Below, piece after piece: positions 58,040-58,268 of a stretch of 58,268 bases of DNA (its first letter is position 1; the number at the start of each line of letters is the position of its first letter). This stretch comes from Candidatus Woesearchaeota archaeon (GTDB taxonomy: Archaea > Nanobdellota > Nanobdellia > Woesearchaeales > GW2011-AR9), in contig JABHQW010000007.1 of assembly GCA_018696595.1 (NCBI GenBank), forward strand, positions 1-58,268, given 5' to 3'. A program made the translations under genes and the position numbers. Under the pieces are notes generated by a model, which saw only the letters and a list, made by a program, of their open reading frames with translations, ran no database searches and was not told the origin of the DNA.

Positions 58040-58268
58040 TTATTCTTTCTTTTCTTCTTCTGAATGTTCTTCTTTCTTTTTCAGATGTAGGGCTTCCTCA
58101 ACCTTCTCAACCACATGATGAACTTTTTCTCCAAAACTTTCATGTGCTTCTGGTTTAGGTTCTTCAGCAGGAGTTTCCTCTTCAGCAGGAGCTTCCTCTT
58201 CAGCAGGAGCTTCCTCTTCAGCAGGAGCTTCCTCTTCAGCAGGAGCTTCCTCTTCAGCAGGAGCTTCC
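58040..58268 (-). CDS. 3' end of a gene with an acidic EEAPAE-repeat tail (truncated by the window)
   Basis: Open frame ...EEAPAEEETPAEEPKPEAHESFGEKVHH...EEEKKE-stop. Confidence 0.65.
   Translation of the reverse strand, partial: EAPAEEEAPAEEEAPAEEEAPAEEEAPAEEETPAEEPKPEAHESFGEKVHHVVEKVEEALHLKKKEEHSEEEKKE
58161..58268 (-). repeat. 18-bp coding tandem repeat, 6 copies
   Basis: tcttcagcaggagcttcc x6 (first copy has one substitution). Confidence 0.95.

Noticed and set aside
58161-58268. 18-bp tandem repeat as a regulatory or CRISPR-like repeat
   Set aside because: In-frame coding repeat (EEAPAE) with no spacers; an ordinary acidic low-complexity tail.
1-58268. Alternative genetic code, rRNA genes, or a provirus
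   Set aside because: Core genes are intact under code 11 and several end in TGA; no rRNA-like segment and no capsid, terminase or integrase genes were recognised.

Overview
AT-rich fragment of a DPANN archaeon, most likely Woesearchaeota-like. The assignment is inferred from CDC48, Spt5/SecE/FtsZ, a class I CCA enzyme, deoxyhypusine synthase, TrmB, class III signal peptides and BHB tRNA introns. The main observation is in the first ~13-14.5 kb: a head-to-tail array of at least 8 complete DNA cassettes, plus a partial one at the left edge and 2 degenerate ones on the right. Most cassettes are joined at AAC-ATC-GTT; one join is a degenerate variant and two carry an attC-like insert. Each complete cassette has its own complementary 9-bp termini and nested sub-terminal inverted repeats roughly 30-280 bp long. 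Most also have a position-fixed 19-nt hairpin at the right end. The joins resemble both integron R boxes and Xer/dif arms, but the architecture looks inside-out relative to attC: the palindrome lies inside the cassette and the crossover is at its apex. No recombinase is present in the window, so mobility is inferred. The rest is mostly core genes interspersed with orphans. Other notable items: an initiator tRNA-Met with three non-canonical introns, a tRNA-Arg with two introns, a cluster of charged micro-ORFs, a reductase/CoA-ligase/dehydratase operon, and two LAGLIDADG loci sharing an identical 40-bp upstream sequence. All protein calls come from motif recognition by eye; no database searches were run.
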